A stretch of DNA of 64,000 nucleotides from a virus. The translations under genes were made by a program, and so were the position numbers. Under the pieces are notes generated by a model. It made no database searches and had not been told where the DNA came from. It saw only the letters and a program-made list of their open reading frames with translations. Position 1 is the stretch's first letter, and each line of letters begins with the position of its first letter. Below, piece after piece: positions 9,266 through 18,195 of this stretch. Location: positions 1 to 64,000 of the IMG/VR virus record IMGVR_UViG_3300048592_000564, one strand, 5' to 3'.

Positions 9266-10963
9266 ATGGCCGACGCGGTATTCAGCTATAACGAGATCCC
9301 GCTCCTGTTCGACCAGGACCGCCAGGCCCAGCGCTTCCTCGATCGGTTCCTTCCCTTCCAGGACCTCGTGGTCCCGCCCGACAACCCCGCGCACCACGAC
9401 TGGCAGGGCAACACCTACGGGCAGGGCCGCGCGGGCTTGCCCCGGCCCAACTACCCGCCGCCACCACAGCCGCGGATCAATACCCTCTACTGGCCGACCG
9501 GCGCGGTCCGGTGGGCCAGGGGATGGTTTCTGTGTGACCAAGCGGGCGTGGACGCGTTGACCGACTTCAACGACCCGGATTCCTGCTGGGTGGACGGTTA
9601 CGCGGTCCCGAAGACGCTCAAGGTCTCGACTCCGAGCACCAAGGACCCGGATCCACCCGATCCCTACGTGCTCGAATGCGAGATGTACCTGCTCAGGCCG
9701 CTACGGGTCACCGCGACCGACGACGAGGCGTTCGGGGACCTCTGGTTGCTCCCGTTGGTTGATGCCCGCTACTGGTGGCAGTTCCAGCGATGCGGGGACC
9801 TGACCGCAAGCCTGGCCGATTGGGCCACGCTTGTCACGGCCCTCGGGACCCGGATCGGCAAGACCATTACCTGCTATGCGGTCAACTCCGCCTACATGGT
9901 CCCCGACCGGATCGAACTCGCGCGTAGCGAGGACAATGTCGCGGTCGTGCTGGACGCGGTCGCGCACTCGATCGGGCGCCGGGTCGTGGTCGGCTACGAC
10001 GGGGCGGTCAAGATCGTGAACTACGTGCCAGAACAAACCCAGCTAACCACCAACCGCACGACCGTTCGCGATGCCGATCACCGCTACATGGCGATCCAGG
10101 GCGGAACCCCCGACGACGAAACCCCGCCGCCCGCCTACCCGTGGCCCGACGAGGTCCGGATTGCATTCCAGAAAATCGAGGACCCGGCGGACAGTGGATC
10201 GGCAAAGTTCTGGACCTCCGCGATCCCGGCCGACACGATCGCGACCGCGATCGCGGCCGAGGACCTCGTGACCGTTGAGGACTCAACTAAGACCGTGCAT
10301 TGCTGCGCTTGGGCGATGTTTCAGTGCGGCGGCGCGACCGAATACCCGGCCAACAAAACCAACCTTGACAACCTGGTTGAGCAATACGCAACCGACTACT
10401 ACGGTTGGCTGTTGTACCAGTACGATCACAGCTGGCCCGGCGTCCAGGAATGGGAACCGACCGGCTACGACGACCACGTTTTGTTTGAACTCGGGACGGA
10501 ATACGTGGACTCCATCGAGGCGATCGCGAATTACCTCGACACCGCGATCCCGGACGTGATGGTGCGGGAGAACCTGCAGCGCCGCTACCAGACCCGCGTG
10601 CAATCGATGCCACTGAACTTTGGCGTCACATCGCTGCTTTGCCAGTACGACAGCGCCATTCCGGGCGTGGCCGACGGCCTCATGGTCAAGACGCCCGTCG
10701 CAGGCATCAGCGCTCGCGCGTGCGATGAAATCTCTTCGGCGTGCTGCTTGGTCTACACCGAGGAACCCAACGGCGACGGGACCGCGACCATGATGCCCGT
10801 ATACTGCGACGACGATTCCACGCACTGGCAAATCCGGGTTTACAATATCGCGAACGCGGCCGTGGAAGGCAACGCCAGGGTGTTGACTGACCTTCTCAAG
10901 AGCGGGCTTCGCGTCGTCACGGTCGAGAGCTGCGAGGCCGACGACTGCAGCAGTAGTAGTTGA
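9266..10963 (+). CDS. putative tail protein
   Basis: 565 aa, acidic, AGGA RBS, lies within the tail module. Confidence 0.45.
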   Translation: MADAVFSYNEIPLLFDQDRQAQRFLDRFLPFQDLVVPPDNPAHHDWQGNTYGQGRAGLPRPNYPPPPQPRINTLYWPTGAVRWARGWFLCDQAGVDALTDFNDPDSCWVDGYAVPKTLKVSTPSTKDPDPPDPYVLECEMYLLRPLRVTATDDEAFGDLWLLPLVDARYWWQFQRCGDLTASLADWATLVTALGTRIGKTITCYAVNSAYMVPDRIELARSEDNVAVVLDAVAHSIGRRVVVGYDGAVKIVNYVPEQTQLTTNRTTVRDADHRYMAIQGGTPDDETPPPAYPWPDEVRIAFQKIEDPADSGSAKFWTSAIPADTIATAIAAEDLVTVEDSTKTVHCCAWAMFQCGGATEYPANKTNLDNLVEQYATDYYGWLLYQYDHSWPGVQEWEPTGYDDHVLFELGTEYVDSIEAIANYLDTAIPDVMVRENLQRRYQTRVQSMPLNFGVTSLLCQYDSAIPGVADGLMVKTPVAGISARACDEISSACCLVYTEEPNGDGTATMMPVYCDDDSTHWQIRVYNIANAAVEGNARVLTDLLKSGLRVVTVESCEADDCSSSS

Positions 10964-10971
10964 GGTACGAG

Positions 10972-12606
10972 ATGCCATTCAAAAAGGGCAATCCGGGCTG
11001 CCCATGCTGCTCGTGTCTTTTGTTTCAGGAGCACTTCACCAGTGCGACCTGGACATCCAGCTACGAGACCGCCGACACATGGACCCAGGCGGGCACCACA
11101 CTGTCGGTCACGTCCGCCGACGCCTCCTTGCTTTCAAAAGCGTCTCACGCCAACGGAATGTGGGTCTTCAAGCTATCGAGCGACATGCCCGCCTTTGACG
11201 AAACCGACCCCGCGACCTACGACTACGGAACGGTCGACATGCGGGTCAAGGTCAAGGACGCCGACAACTTCATTTTCCTGCGCGTCACCTACTCGCGCAT
11301 CTATGAGTGGACGACCCCGCACCCGAACGTCATGGCCACACACTGGCGTGTTGAATGGACCTTGCAACTCTTTGAGCGCATCGCTGGTACCGATACCGCG
11401 ATTTCGGATGCCATCGAGTATTCCATCAACCCAACCGAAGGAACGGAATCACAGCAAATCGCCTCTCTGCCGTACTCTCAATGGTTTTTCATTTGTGTCA
11501 GTCCATTCGAGGCCGACGGGTACTACACTGACACGACCGACACCGACAAGCTCGAAGTCCGGGCCGGGACCCTAACGTTTAGCACTACGCCAGAGGCCGA
11601 CGAAATCCCGCAGCCAAAGTACACACAAGATGTGCTCTATGGACTCTATGGCGAAACCAGTTCTTCGTCAGTGTTTGGAAACAAGCACGGACTGCGCGTT
11701 GACGCCAGCGGGATCGAGACCGGCGTTGACGTAATCCGCGTGTACGAGTACGACAACGACTGTCGCTGGTGCGAATGCACCGCGTGCGAAAAAGGCACCA
11801 GTCCAAACGTGCTGGACGTGACGTTCTCCGGCATGGCGACGCGGGTTGTTGGCAGCGGAAACTGCACGGAGTTCAACGCCTACACGGTGCGACTGACCCG
11901 AGACGATAACCCCATTCATCCCAGCGACGACTTTACAGAAACCGTCGGGGGCGGAATCCCGTGTGCGATGCGGGGCTACCCCTGGGCCGCGTACCCGTGG
12001 GATGAGTCAGGGCACCAGGACGGCGTGTGTTGCTACCACGGGATCATCTACCCCGCGATCGTCAACGGAACCTACACGCGGGTCTCGCTTTGTCTTTACC
12101 GAGACGGGGACGACAACGTGACGGCCCAGCTGGTCGTCTATGGCTACTGGGGATTTACGTTGATCAACGGCATTGAGTGCTACCCGGTATGGAGCCGGGC
12201 GACGGTCTCACTGGGCGTCGCGCCAATCGATTGTTGGAACGTCCTCGACTACCTGATAATGCAGCCGTTTGAATGCACCAACACGCCCACGGCGATCCAG
12301 CAGGCGGACTGCACTTGCCCGTTCGCCGACATCGTGGAACAAAACGAGGTATCGTCGAACACCACGACCTCATTCGTGTGCTGGCGATTTTCATCCAACG
12401 TACCAAATAACGACTGGACCACGCTCGCCAGCGGTGGACTGCTGGTCGTAGGCAGCGACACCTTTACCGTCCAGGCAATTGTCCAAACGGCACCCGACTG
12501 GGTGCGGGTTGATGTCGCGGAAGCGATCGTGGGCGACCGAACCGGCGAGGACATGACCTACACAATCACGAGCGCGGTACAGGCCCAGGTGGTGGTGGTG
12601 GAATGA
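10972..12606 (+). CDS. Cys-rich putative tail tip or receptor-binding protein
   Basis: MPFKKGNPGCPCC N-terminus, GAGG RBS, several Cys clusters, end of tail module. Confidence 0.45.
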   Translation: MPFKKGNPGCPCCSCLLFQEHFTSATWTSSYETADTWTQAGTTLSVTSADASLLSKASHANGMWVFKLSSDMPAFDETDPATYDYGTVDMRVKVKDADNFIFLRVTYSRIYEWTTPHPNVMATHWRVEWTLQLFERIAGTDTAISDAIEYSINPTEGTESQQIASLPYSQWFFICVSPFEADGYYTDTTDTDKLEVRAGTLTFSTTPEADEIPQPKYTQDVLYGLYGETSSSSVFGNKHGLRVDASGIETGVDVIRVYEYDNDCRWCECTACEKGTSPNVLDVTFSGMATRVVGSGNCTEFNAYTVRLTRDDNPIHPSDDFTETVGGGIPCAMRGYPWAAYPWDESGHQDGVCCYHGIIYPAIVNGTYTRVSLCLYRDGDDNVTAQLVVYGYWGFTLINGIECYPVWSRATVSLGVAPIDCWNVLDYLIMQPFECTNTPTAIQQADCTCPFADIVEQNEVSSNTTTSFVCWRFSSNVPNNDWTTLASGGLLVVGSDTFTVQAIVQTAPDWVRVDVAEAIVGDRTGEDMTYTITSAVQAQVVVVE

Positions 12607-13955
12607 CGACCTGTAAGTTTGAAGAAACGCAAATCGACGACCGGTGGCAGTATCGCTGTGTCAACGAGGGATGCTCGATTGTTTTGCGGTACGCGGTGCG
12701 AAAAACTGGGCTGAAAATTAAGTGCATCGGCACCGCTAGTTCGCCCCATTGGTTGACATGCCGGCACCGCAGCCGACAGGCAATTGTTACGGTCAGTGGG
12801 CGAGTGGCAGGCTGCGGCTGCCCTGGCTCAAGCGTCGAGGTTTACCGCTGCCACCACCCAGACATCAATGAACCCGTCATCAAGTATGGCCACCCGCCGT
12901 GTATCGACACGCTCAGGAAGCAGGTACCGGGGGCAACCGGCCGGACGTGCCACAAATGCTTGATCCCTGCAGGTCTCGCGAATCCGCAAGCCGACATCCT
13001 GCACGTCACGCCAAAGCCAGATTGGCAACACGTCACGACCCGCGGACTGTTCGCGCTTCGACAAGCGGGCTTGACAGCGACCTGTGAGGAAATCGTCAAG
13101 CCAACACCTGGGCAGCTCGACCAACACATAGCCGCTCGCCGGCCGCGTATCGTGTTCGTCCATGCGTTTTCGGTTGCGGCTTCTGAGGTTATTCGACTGA
13201 CTGAAAAGTGGTCCCGCGTTCGGTTTGTGGTGGTCAGTCATTCAATGGAAAACCACGTTTTGACGTGGCCGCAATACTTTGGTGAAATGCGGCTGATTCT
13301 CGATGCGTCGAGGCGGCTTGGCAATCTGCAGTTCGCCGGCTCAGAAGATTGCGGCCATTGGCTCGAGCTCGGCTACGACGTGCTTCGGTGGCACTGGCCG
13401 TGCGCACTTGCTGACGACTACTCAGACCCGCCGACAATCGACCCGCCGACGGTGCTGATCGCTTCGCGGGCCGATATCGTGAAGGCCCTGCCGGCTCAGA
13501 TTCTCGCCGCTGCGATCCTCCAGAGGCGACTTGGTGTGCGAGTGCTGTATTGCGTGAACGGGGAGGTCGGAACCAGAAGCAAAGGCCTGGATGACTTGAC
13601 GGCGACTGCAGGGCTTGAATGCGAGCGACTCGGGTGGGTTGGCTACGACAACTTCCTTGATCGCCTACACAAAGAAGTGTCTATTGTCCTGCAGCCATCA
13701 ATGAGCGAAACATTCAATTACATCAGCTGGGAAGCTGGCTCTGTTGGCAGGCCGTGGGTGGGCTCGCAAGCAATCAAGCACACCCCACCTGCATGGCAAG
13801 TCGACCCCAACGACGCCACGCAGATCGCACGTGTGGCGGAAACGATTTTGGAAAACTACCAAAACTCCAGTCAGAAGGCAAGGCAAATTGCCGTGGAGGT
13901 AGCGTCACGAAATAATGCCGCCTATGCCGAGGCGGTCGGTCGATGGATTGGGTAG
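12603..13955 (+). CDS. Cys-rich N-terminal domain fused to a GT-B (GT4-like) glycosyltransferase
   Basis: C-terminal VLQPSMSETFNYISWEAGSVGRPWVGS matches the GT4 E-x7-E motif; N-terminal C-x-H-R...CGC...YRC-x-HP...CxxC. Confidence 0.6.
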   Translation: MTTCKFEETQIDDRWQYRCVNEGCSIVLRYAVRKTGLKIKCIGTASSPHWLTCRHRSRQAIVTVSGRVAGCGCPGSSVEVYRCHHPDINEPVIKYGHPPCIDTLRKQVPGATGRTCHKCLIPAGLANPQADILHVTPKPDWQHVTTRGLFALRQAGLTATCEEIVKPTPGQLDQHIAARRPRIVFVHAFSVAASEVIRLTEKWSRVRFVVVSHSMENHVLTWPQYFGEMRLILDASRRLGNLQFAGSEDCGHWLELGYDVLRWHWPCALADDYSDPPTIDPPTVLIASRADIVKALPAQILAAAILQRRLGVRVLYCVNGEVGTRSKGLDDLTATAGLECERLGWVGYDNFLDRLHKEVSIVLQPSMSETFNYISWEAGSVGRPWVGSQAIKHTPPAWQVDPNDATQIARVAETILENYQNSSQKARQIAVEVASRNNAAYAEAVGRWIG

Positions 13956-14168
13956 CTACAGTCGTTGCATTTGTGATTCAATTACCGGCTTTAGGTTTCG
14001 ACGTTCGTCGGCGGTCAATTGATCGGACCCGCACAGCGACACAAGAGACTCCAACGACTCCCGTCGCACATCCGCGCCGTTACGGTATGCCTCCGCGCGG
14101 CGAACCGCCCACGCGCCAATGACCAGCAAAACCCCAAGCACCCCAAAAGAAATCAAGGCGTCCATCAC
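13956..14168 (-). CDS. small membrane protein
   Basis: N-terminal hydrophobic helix; immediately follows the pilin-like gene. Confidence 0.5.
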   Translation of the reverse strand: MMDALISFGVLGVLLVIGAWAVRRAEAYRNGADVRRESLESLVSLCGSDQLTADERRNLKPVIESQMQRL

Positions 14169-15166
14169 TACTCCTCCATCTTGATTGTTTTTTCATACAC
14201 GGCCACCACACGATCGATCACGGCGATTTGTGTTTCCGAAGGACCAAGCGGCCACGCGGGTCCCTGGGTCGAGATAAACCGAGTGTCGACCGCCGACACG
14301 TCCCCGTAGATGTCCGGTGTCCCGGCAGGCAGAACGTCACCAATTGAGACCACGAGGTGCCACCGAAACCAGTACATCCCCGACGACGCGCCGGTCACCA
14401 GGACCCAGGATCGCTCCCGAACATCCAGGTCACCCGAGGTCCGGCCGGCACGAACCGCCAACTTCCAGGTCCGGCCACGATTCGACCGATCGGCCGGTAG
14501 CGGCAGGGCCGGGTTCTCTTCATCGATTCGCTCAACGGCCAGCAGCCGCTCCGCCCCCGGGTCCGCGACGTCCCGGCGATGACACACCACGACGTGCATG
14601 ATCGCGTTTTCGCCCCGATAGTTCGCCCCCTGGAAGGTCGCAAACCAGGAGAACGCCCCCTCGCTGGCCCGCGACTCGAAGCCGGCCGGCACCTGCTGGG
14701 GCGCCAACGTGCGGTCGCCGGGGAGCGAAAACACGAGGTCGTCGTTTGCCCGGAAGATTGAGTCGGCCAGCATTTGACCTGCAGGCACCATCGCGCCACC
14801 AGGAAACGACCGGACGCTCACGCGGTGCATCCTCGCCCCCGGAATCGTCGCGGGATCGAAGGCCGGGAACCAGTTGTGCGGCGAGGCCGTGCCGTTGGAT
14901 GCCACGTAGAGTGGATCCAAGCAGTACGCATGCCCGCCGATCGGCACCGTGGACCATGTCCCGCGAGGCCCAGCGGCCCGGTTGAAGCCGCGCACCGCTA
15001 CCTCCCGGATTGCGTTACGCCCCAGGCGGTCCGCCCCATCCAGCGCGGCCCCGTTCGCGGCCTGCCGGCCCGCCACCACCAGGGTCGCGAGCACACCAAG
15101 GATCCCAACGGCCGCAATCGCGATCCCAAACAGCACCTCCACCAGAGTTACACCAGAGCGTTTCAT
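14168..15166 (-). CDS. type IV prepilin-like (PilV-like) protein
   Basis: MKRSG|VTLVEVLFGIAIAAVGILGVL: class III signal with G(-1), E(+5) and hydrophobic helix; GGAGG RBS. Confidence 0.8.
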   Translation of the reverse strand: MKRSGVTLVEVLFGIAIAAVGILGVLATLVVAGRQAANGAALDGADRLGRNAIREVAVRGFNRAAGPRGTWSTVPIGGHAYCLDPLYVASNGTASPHNWFPAFDPATIPGARMHRVSVRSFPGGAMVPAGQMLADSIFRANDDLVFSLPGDRTLAPQQVPAGFESRASEGAFSWFATFQGANYRGENAIMHVVVCHRRDVADPGAERLLAVERIDEENPALPLPADRSNRGRTWKLAVRAGRTSGDLDVRERSWVLVTGASSGMYWFRWHLVVSIGDVLPAGTPDIYGDVSAVDTRFISTQGPAWPLGPSETQIAVIDRVVAVYEKTIKMEE

Positions 15167-15274
15167 CGTCCACCTCCCTTTCTACCGCTATTGTGGCCCT
15201 GTCCCGCCAGTCAAGCAACACCGGATCAGGATTTTCCCGCTAGAATCCTGCCGAGCAGCGGGTAAACTCCCGCG

Positions 15275-15715
15275 ATGGACGTGAATTGCCCCCACCGCTC
15301 CCCGAATCCCCTCGGCCTCGTGTACTGTGGCTGCGGGGGCACGAGAACCGCCTACCGGTGCGACCATCCCGCGATCGCCGGCCCCGTGACGCGCCATGCC
15401 GCGCACCCGAGGAAGCGGGAGATCCGGGCCCCGGACGGCACCGTGGTGGCACGGCTCCAGCGGTTCAAGATTCCCGCCTGCGCGGCTTGCCCGCACCGCC
15501 CCGCCGAGGAACCCGGCCCGGACCCTAGCGAGCCCGCAGCAGCCCAGGACTGCCTGCGGGCCACGATCTGCGGGGGATGCCCGACCCTGGACCGCCAGGG
15601 CCAACCGTTTGAATGCCCGGGCCCCGAGGGTGCGTCGTGTCCGCTCGACCTCTGGCCCGTGATCACAAGAAGCCGACGCGGCGCCAAGCGGCGGGGATGT
15701 GGCGGCTGTAAATAG
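15275..15715 (+). CDS. Cys-rich hypothetical protein, paralogous to the N-terminus of 12603-13955
   Basis: CPHRS...CGCGG...YRCDHP...CAAC, then C..CP...CP...CPL..W and a GCGGC C-terminus. Confidence 0.55.
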   Translation: MDVNCPHRSPNPLGLVYCGCGGTRTAYRCDHPAIAGPVTRHAAHPRKREIRAPDGTVVARLQRFKIPACAACPHRPAEEPGPDPSEPAAAQDCLRATICGGCPTLDRQGQPFECPGPEGASCPLDLWPVITRSRRGAKRRGCGGCK

Positions 15716-15753
15716 AAAACCCCCGCCCGCTGGAACGCCCAGCGGGTCGGGGG
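15716..15753 (-). terminator. intrinsic terminator of the leftward tRNA-like operon
   Basis: CCCCCG.CCCGCTGG/CCAGCGGG.CGGGGG stem followed by TTTT on the minus strand. Confidence 0.6.
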
Positions 15754-15786
15754 AGAAGAAGTCCCCGGCCTGAATCAACCGGGGAG

Positions 15787-15866
15787 TGAAACCGTCAGGG
15801 CTCGAACCTGAATATGCCAGCCGCGTTAGCGTGTCTGGTGCGTTTGTCCACTTTCGCCACGGTCCC
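15787..15866 (-). ncRNA. tRNA-like element 3 with extended, irregular anticodon arm
   Basis: GGGACCG/CGGTTTC-A acceptor; GCG/CGC D stem with GG; TCAGG-TTCGAGC-CCTGA T arm; 22-nt anticodon arm CCAGACACGCTAACGCGGCTGG; no encoded CCA. Confidence 0.7.
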
Positions 15867-15872
15867 ATTAAT

Positions 15873-16094
15873 TCATGCTGCCTCTTGGCTTTTTGCGTCG
15901 AATTCAATCTGTTCGCGCCCGTTGCGATCAACGAAATATGCGCCCGACCACGGCAGCACTCGCGGAGGATTCTGTGGGCCAGCGGTGGTGGGCTTAACGC
16001 ACACATGACCGCACTGAATGCCTTTTGCGGTTGGTTTTGCGTTAACCTTGCCGCATCTGGGGCACATTTCGTCGCATCGCTTCTTAATGGCCAC
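15873..16094 (-). CDS. small Cys-containing hypothetical protein between tRNA-like elements
   Basis: GAGG RBS 5 nt before GTG; CPRC...CGHVC. Confidence 0.45.
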   Translation of the reverse strand: MAIKKRCDEMCPRCGKVNAKPTAKGIQCGHVCVKPTTAGPQNPPRVLPWSGAYFVDRNGREQIEFDAKSQEAA

Positions 16095-16135
16095 GATTGC
16101 CTCACTTGCATCGACTGTTCAGCGCCGTTTTTTAT

Positions 16136-16210
16136 CGGGACCGGCGGGATTCGAACCCGCGACCTCCCAGCGTCTATTGCCAGGTGGGCTGACCACTGCC
16201 CCACGGTCCC
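16136..16210 (-). tRNA. atypical tRNA, element 2: 6-bp anticodon stem, loop AATAGAC (nominal anticodon UAG), short variable loop
   Basis: GGGACCG-TG-GGGC-AGTGGTCA-GCCC-A-CCTGGC-AATAGAC-GCTGGG-AGGTC-GCGGG-TTCGAAT-CCCGC-CGGTCCC-G; lacks U33 and encoded CCA. Confidence 0.8.
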
Positions 16211-16212
16211 AG

Positions 16213-16279
16213 TGGAACAAGAGGAAGTTGAATCCTCGCGCCCGTGACAAAGCGTCACGGGCGCCCGCCCGGTTGTCCC
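16213..16279 (-). ncRNA. tRNA-like element 1, D-armless, resembling the tmRNA tRNA-like domain
   Basis: GGGACAA/TTGTTCC-A acceptor (G3:U70, A73); 8-nt linker; 11-bp stem GCGCCCGTGAC/GTCACGGGCGC; GAGGA-TTCAACT-TCCTC T arm; 2 nt from element 2. Confidence 0.6.
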
Positions 16280-16285
16280 GTCGCA

Positions 16286-16606
16286 CTAGCGACCGATCCG
16301 AAGTTCCTCGACACGACCAACGCACGCCTGCATCGGCGGCGGACAGTCGGTGGCCGGGTAATTCGTCTGCCCGCAGCACTCGGGCTCCAGCGGCATCGGG
16401 CCGTTCATGGTGTGCTTGATGTTGAAGCACTTGCCCTTGAGCGACTCCTGCTCGGTCTTGTCCGGGTCCATCAGGTACGCCTCCAGGTCGCGACAAAGCG
16501 CCCCGACCGCGGCCGCGCGGCAGTCGCCCCCGTAGACCAATCGCTGGCATCCCACATGGGCCACAAACCCGTTCGCGACAACCTCGATTTCCAATCTGCG
16601 ATACAT
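16286..16606 (-). CDS. hypothetical protein
   Basis: AGGAGG RBS; LEIEVVANGFVAHVGCQ phage-like N-terminus. Confidence 0.55.
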   Translation of the reverse strand: MYRRLEIEVVANGFVAHVGCQRLVYGGDCRAAAVGALCRDLEAYLMDPDKTEQESLKGKCFNIKHTMNGPMPLEPECCGQTNYPATDCPPPMQACVGRVEELRIGR

Positions 16607-16639
16607 CGTTGCCTCCTTGAAATGAACTACTGAAACCCC

Positions 16640-17260
16640 TCACGAAAGCATATCCAGCGACACCTTGGCGGCAACCTGAATTTCCAGGCCACGCCGCAGC
16701 ATTTCATAGAAACACCGGGCGGTTGCGACCATGTCGGCGTCGGCCCTGTGGGCGCCCTGGAGCGACTCACCAAACAGGTGCCAGTAGAGTTCCTGCAGCT
16801 TGGGCCACTTGTACCCGTACCGGCCATGTATTTTGCACAAGTCCGTCCCGAGCTTCATGGTGCAAACTGACGGCCACCCCATCCACTGGCTCGCGACCGT
16901 CGGGAGCCCGACGCGGACCAACTCGGCCCCGATAATCGGCCGGTCGAAGTCCACGTTATGGCCCACCAGGAGCCCGCAGTCCGCCGCGTCGTCAAACAAC
17001 TCCATCAAGACCTCGTCCAACGGCCGGCCTTCCGCCACGGCCTGCGCGGTCGTGATCCCGTGGATGTCCGATGCCTCCTGGGGGATCTCGAACCCATCGG
17101 GCCGCACGATCCGGCACTGGACGTCCCCGGGGTCGACCTCATCGTCGCCCACCAGCCACGCGACCTGGACCAATCGCGGCCAGTTCGCCCCATCGGTCAC
17201 CGGGGCCGTGTAGCTGCGCGGCTTGCCGGTTGTCTCGCAGTCGAAAAAGCAGTATTTCAT
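16640..17260 (-). CDS. DEDDh 3'-5' exonuclease (DnaQ-like)
   Basis: FFDCETTG, IHGIT, GHNVDFD and AHRADAD motifs. Confidence 0.9.
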   Translation of the reverse strand: MKYCFFDCETTGKPRSYTAPVTDGANWPRLVQVAWLVGDDEVDPGDVQCRIVRPDGFEIPQEASDIHGITTAQAVAEGRPLDEVLMELFDDAADCGLLVGHNVDFDRPIIGAELVRVGLPTVASQWMGWPSVCTMKLGTDLCKIHGRYGYKWPKLQELYWHLFGESLQGAHRADADMVATARCFYEMLRRGLEIQVAAKVSLDMLS

Positions 17261-18195
17261 TTCGGGAACTCCTGTACTCTGAGATCGCCTGGCCACTGTT
17301 CGGGATCACCCGACACCCGTCCGCCGATCGGCATTTGCTTATGAAAACAGCTGACGCCGAAGTACCGGCATTGTTTCACGAGCGCCCGCGCGGCCGACTC
17401 GTAACCGTCCGCAAACCGCCCGGCCTTGTGCCCCGGCAGCTGCTCGCAGCCCACGATCGCCCAGTCGATCCCCGGATCGTCCCGGTCCCGCTCCACCAAC
17501 GCGGAATCGCTGTGGCACCGCGGACAGACCCACCGGGTACCGTTCTCGTCGACATCCTCGTCGGACTGCCTCGGGTCAGGCACCAGATCATCCTCCCGGC
17601 CCGCGAAATCGCAATGGTTCTCGCACGCGACTTCCCAGAAGTTGCCCCGCAGATCGTAGGGAGTGTCAACCTGTCCGCCGCCCAGGAAGCAGAGATCCAG
17701 CGGCCCCAGGAGCGGCTCGGCGGAAATAAACCGCACGCGGGCAGGCACGGACAGTAACACGGGCACGCGCTCGTCCGCGAAACACTGGCTCTCGGCCGTG
17801 ACGCCCAGCCAAACATTCTCGTAGCCGTCGCCCCAGTCCGCGGGCAAGCAATCCAGCATCCGCTGGTGCCGTTTGGTTAGAACCTGGAACACCAAATTCG
17901 GGCAATCGCGAACGACCCTCCAGGCATCGGCACGCCACGAATCCGCAGCGCCGTGGAACCAGTCCGACCACGAGCAGGTGAACACGAGATCCCGCCTGCC
18001 CGCCGCCTCGGCGTCCCGCTGCCATTTGCGCGGCTGGCCCCATGTTTTCGTCCGAACAACCTGCTCGGGATCGAGACCGTACCGTCGCTGCTCGGCAAAC
18101 ATATAGCACGCCGCGCAGCCAGGCGAGACTCGCGCGCAGCCTCGCCACGGGTTCCATGTTCTCTTGGTCCAAGAAATCCCCGTTGTAGCACCCAT
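17257..18195 (-). CDS. DUF5131 (phage Gp37/Gp68) three-Cys motif protein
   Basis: ISWTKRTWNPWRGCARVSPGCAACY, SWSDWF, LTKR, NVWLGV, FISAEPLLG, FHKQ. Confidence 0.9.
   Translation of the reverse strand: MGATTGISWTKRTWNPWRGCARVSPGCAACYMFAEQRRYGLDPEQVVRTKTWGQPRKWQRDAEAAGRRDLVFTCSWSDWFHGAADSWRADAWRVVRDCPNLVFQVLTKRHQRMLDCLPADWGDGYENVWLGVTAESQCFADERVPVLLSVPARVRFISAEPLLGPLDLCFLGGGQVDTPYDLRGNFWEVACENHCDFAGREDDLVPDPRQSDEDVDENGTRWVCPRCHSDSALVERDRDDPGIDWAIVGCEQLPGHKAGRFADGYESAARALVKQCRYFGVSCFHKQMPIGGRVSGDPEQWPGDLRVQEFPK

Noticed and set aside
15787-15866. Amber suppressor tRNA (CTA in the anticodon arm) implying stop-codon recoding
   Set aside because: CTA is not centred in a canonical 7-nt loop with U33, and TAG acts as a normal stop in several genes (e.g. 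9258, 13955, 22463).
16136-16210. Ordinary tRNA-Leu(UAG)
   Set aside because: It lacks the long variable arm and A73 of tRNA-Leu and has A33 with a 6-bp stem, so its identity cannot be assigned.
15188-16258. 356-aa minus-strand ORF across the tRNA-like region
   Set aside because: It runs through the tRNA-like elements and a terminator and is antisense to the Cys-rich gene.
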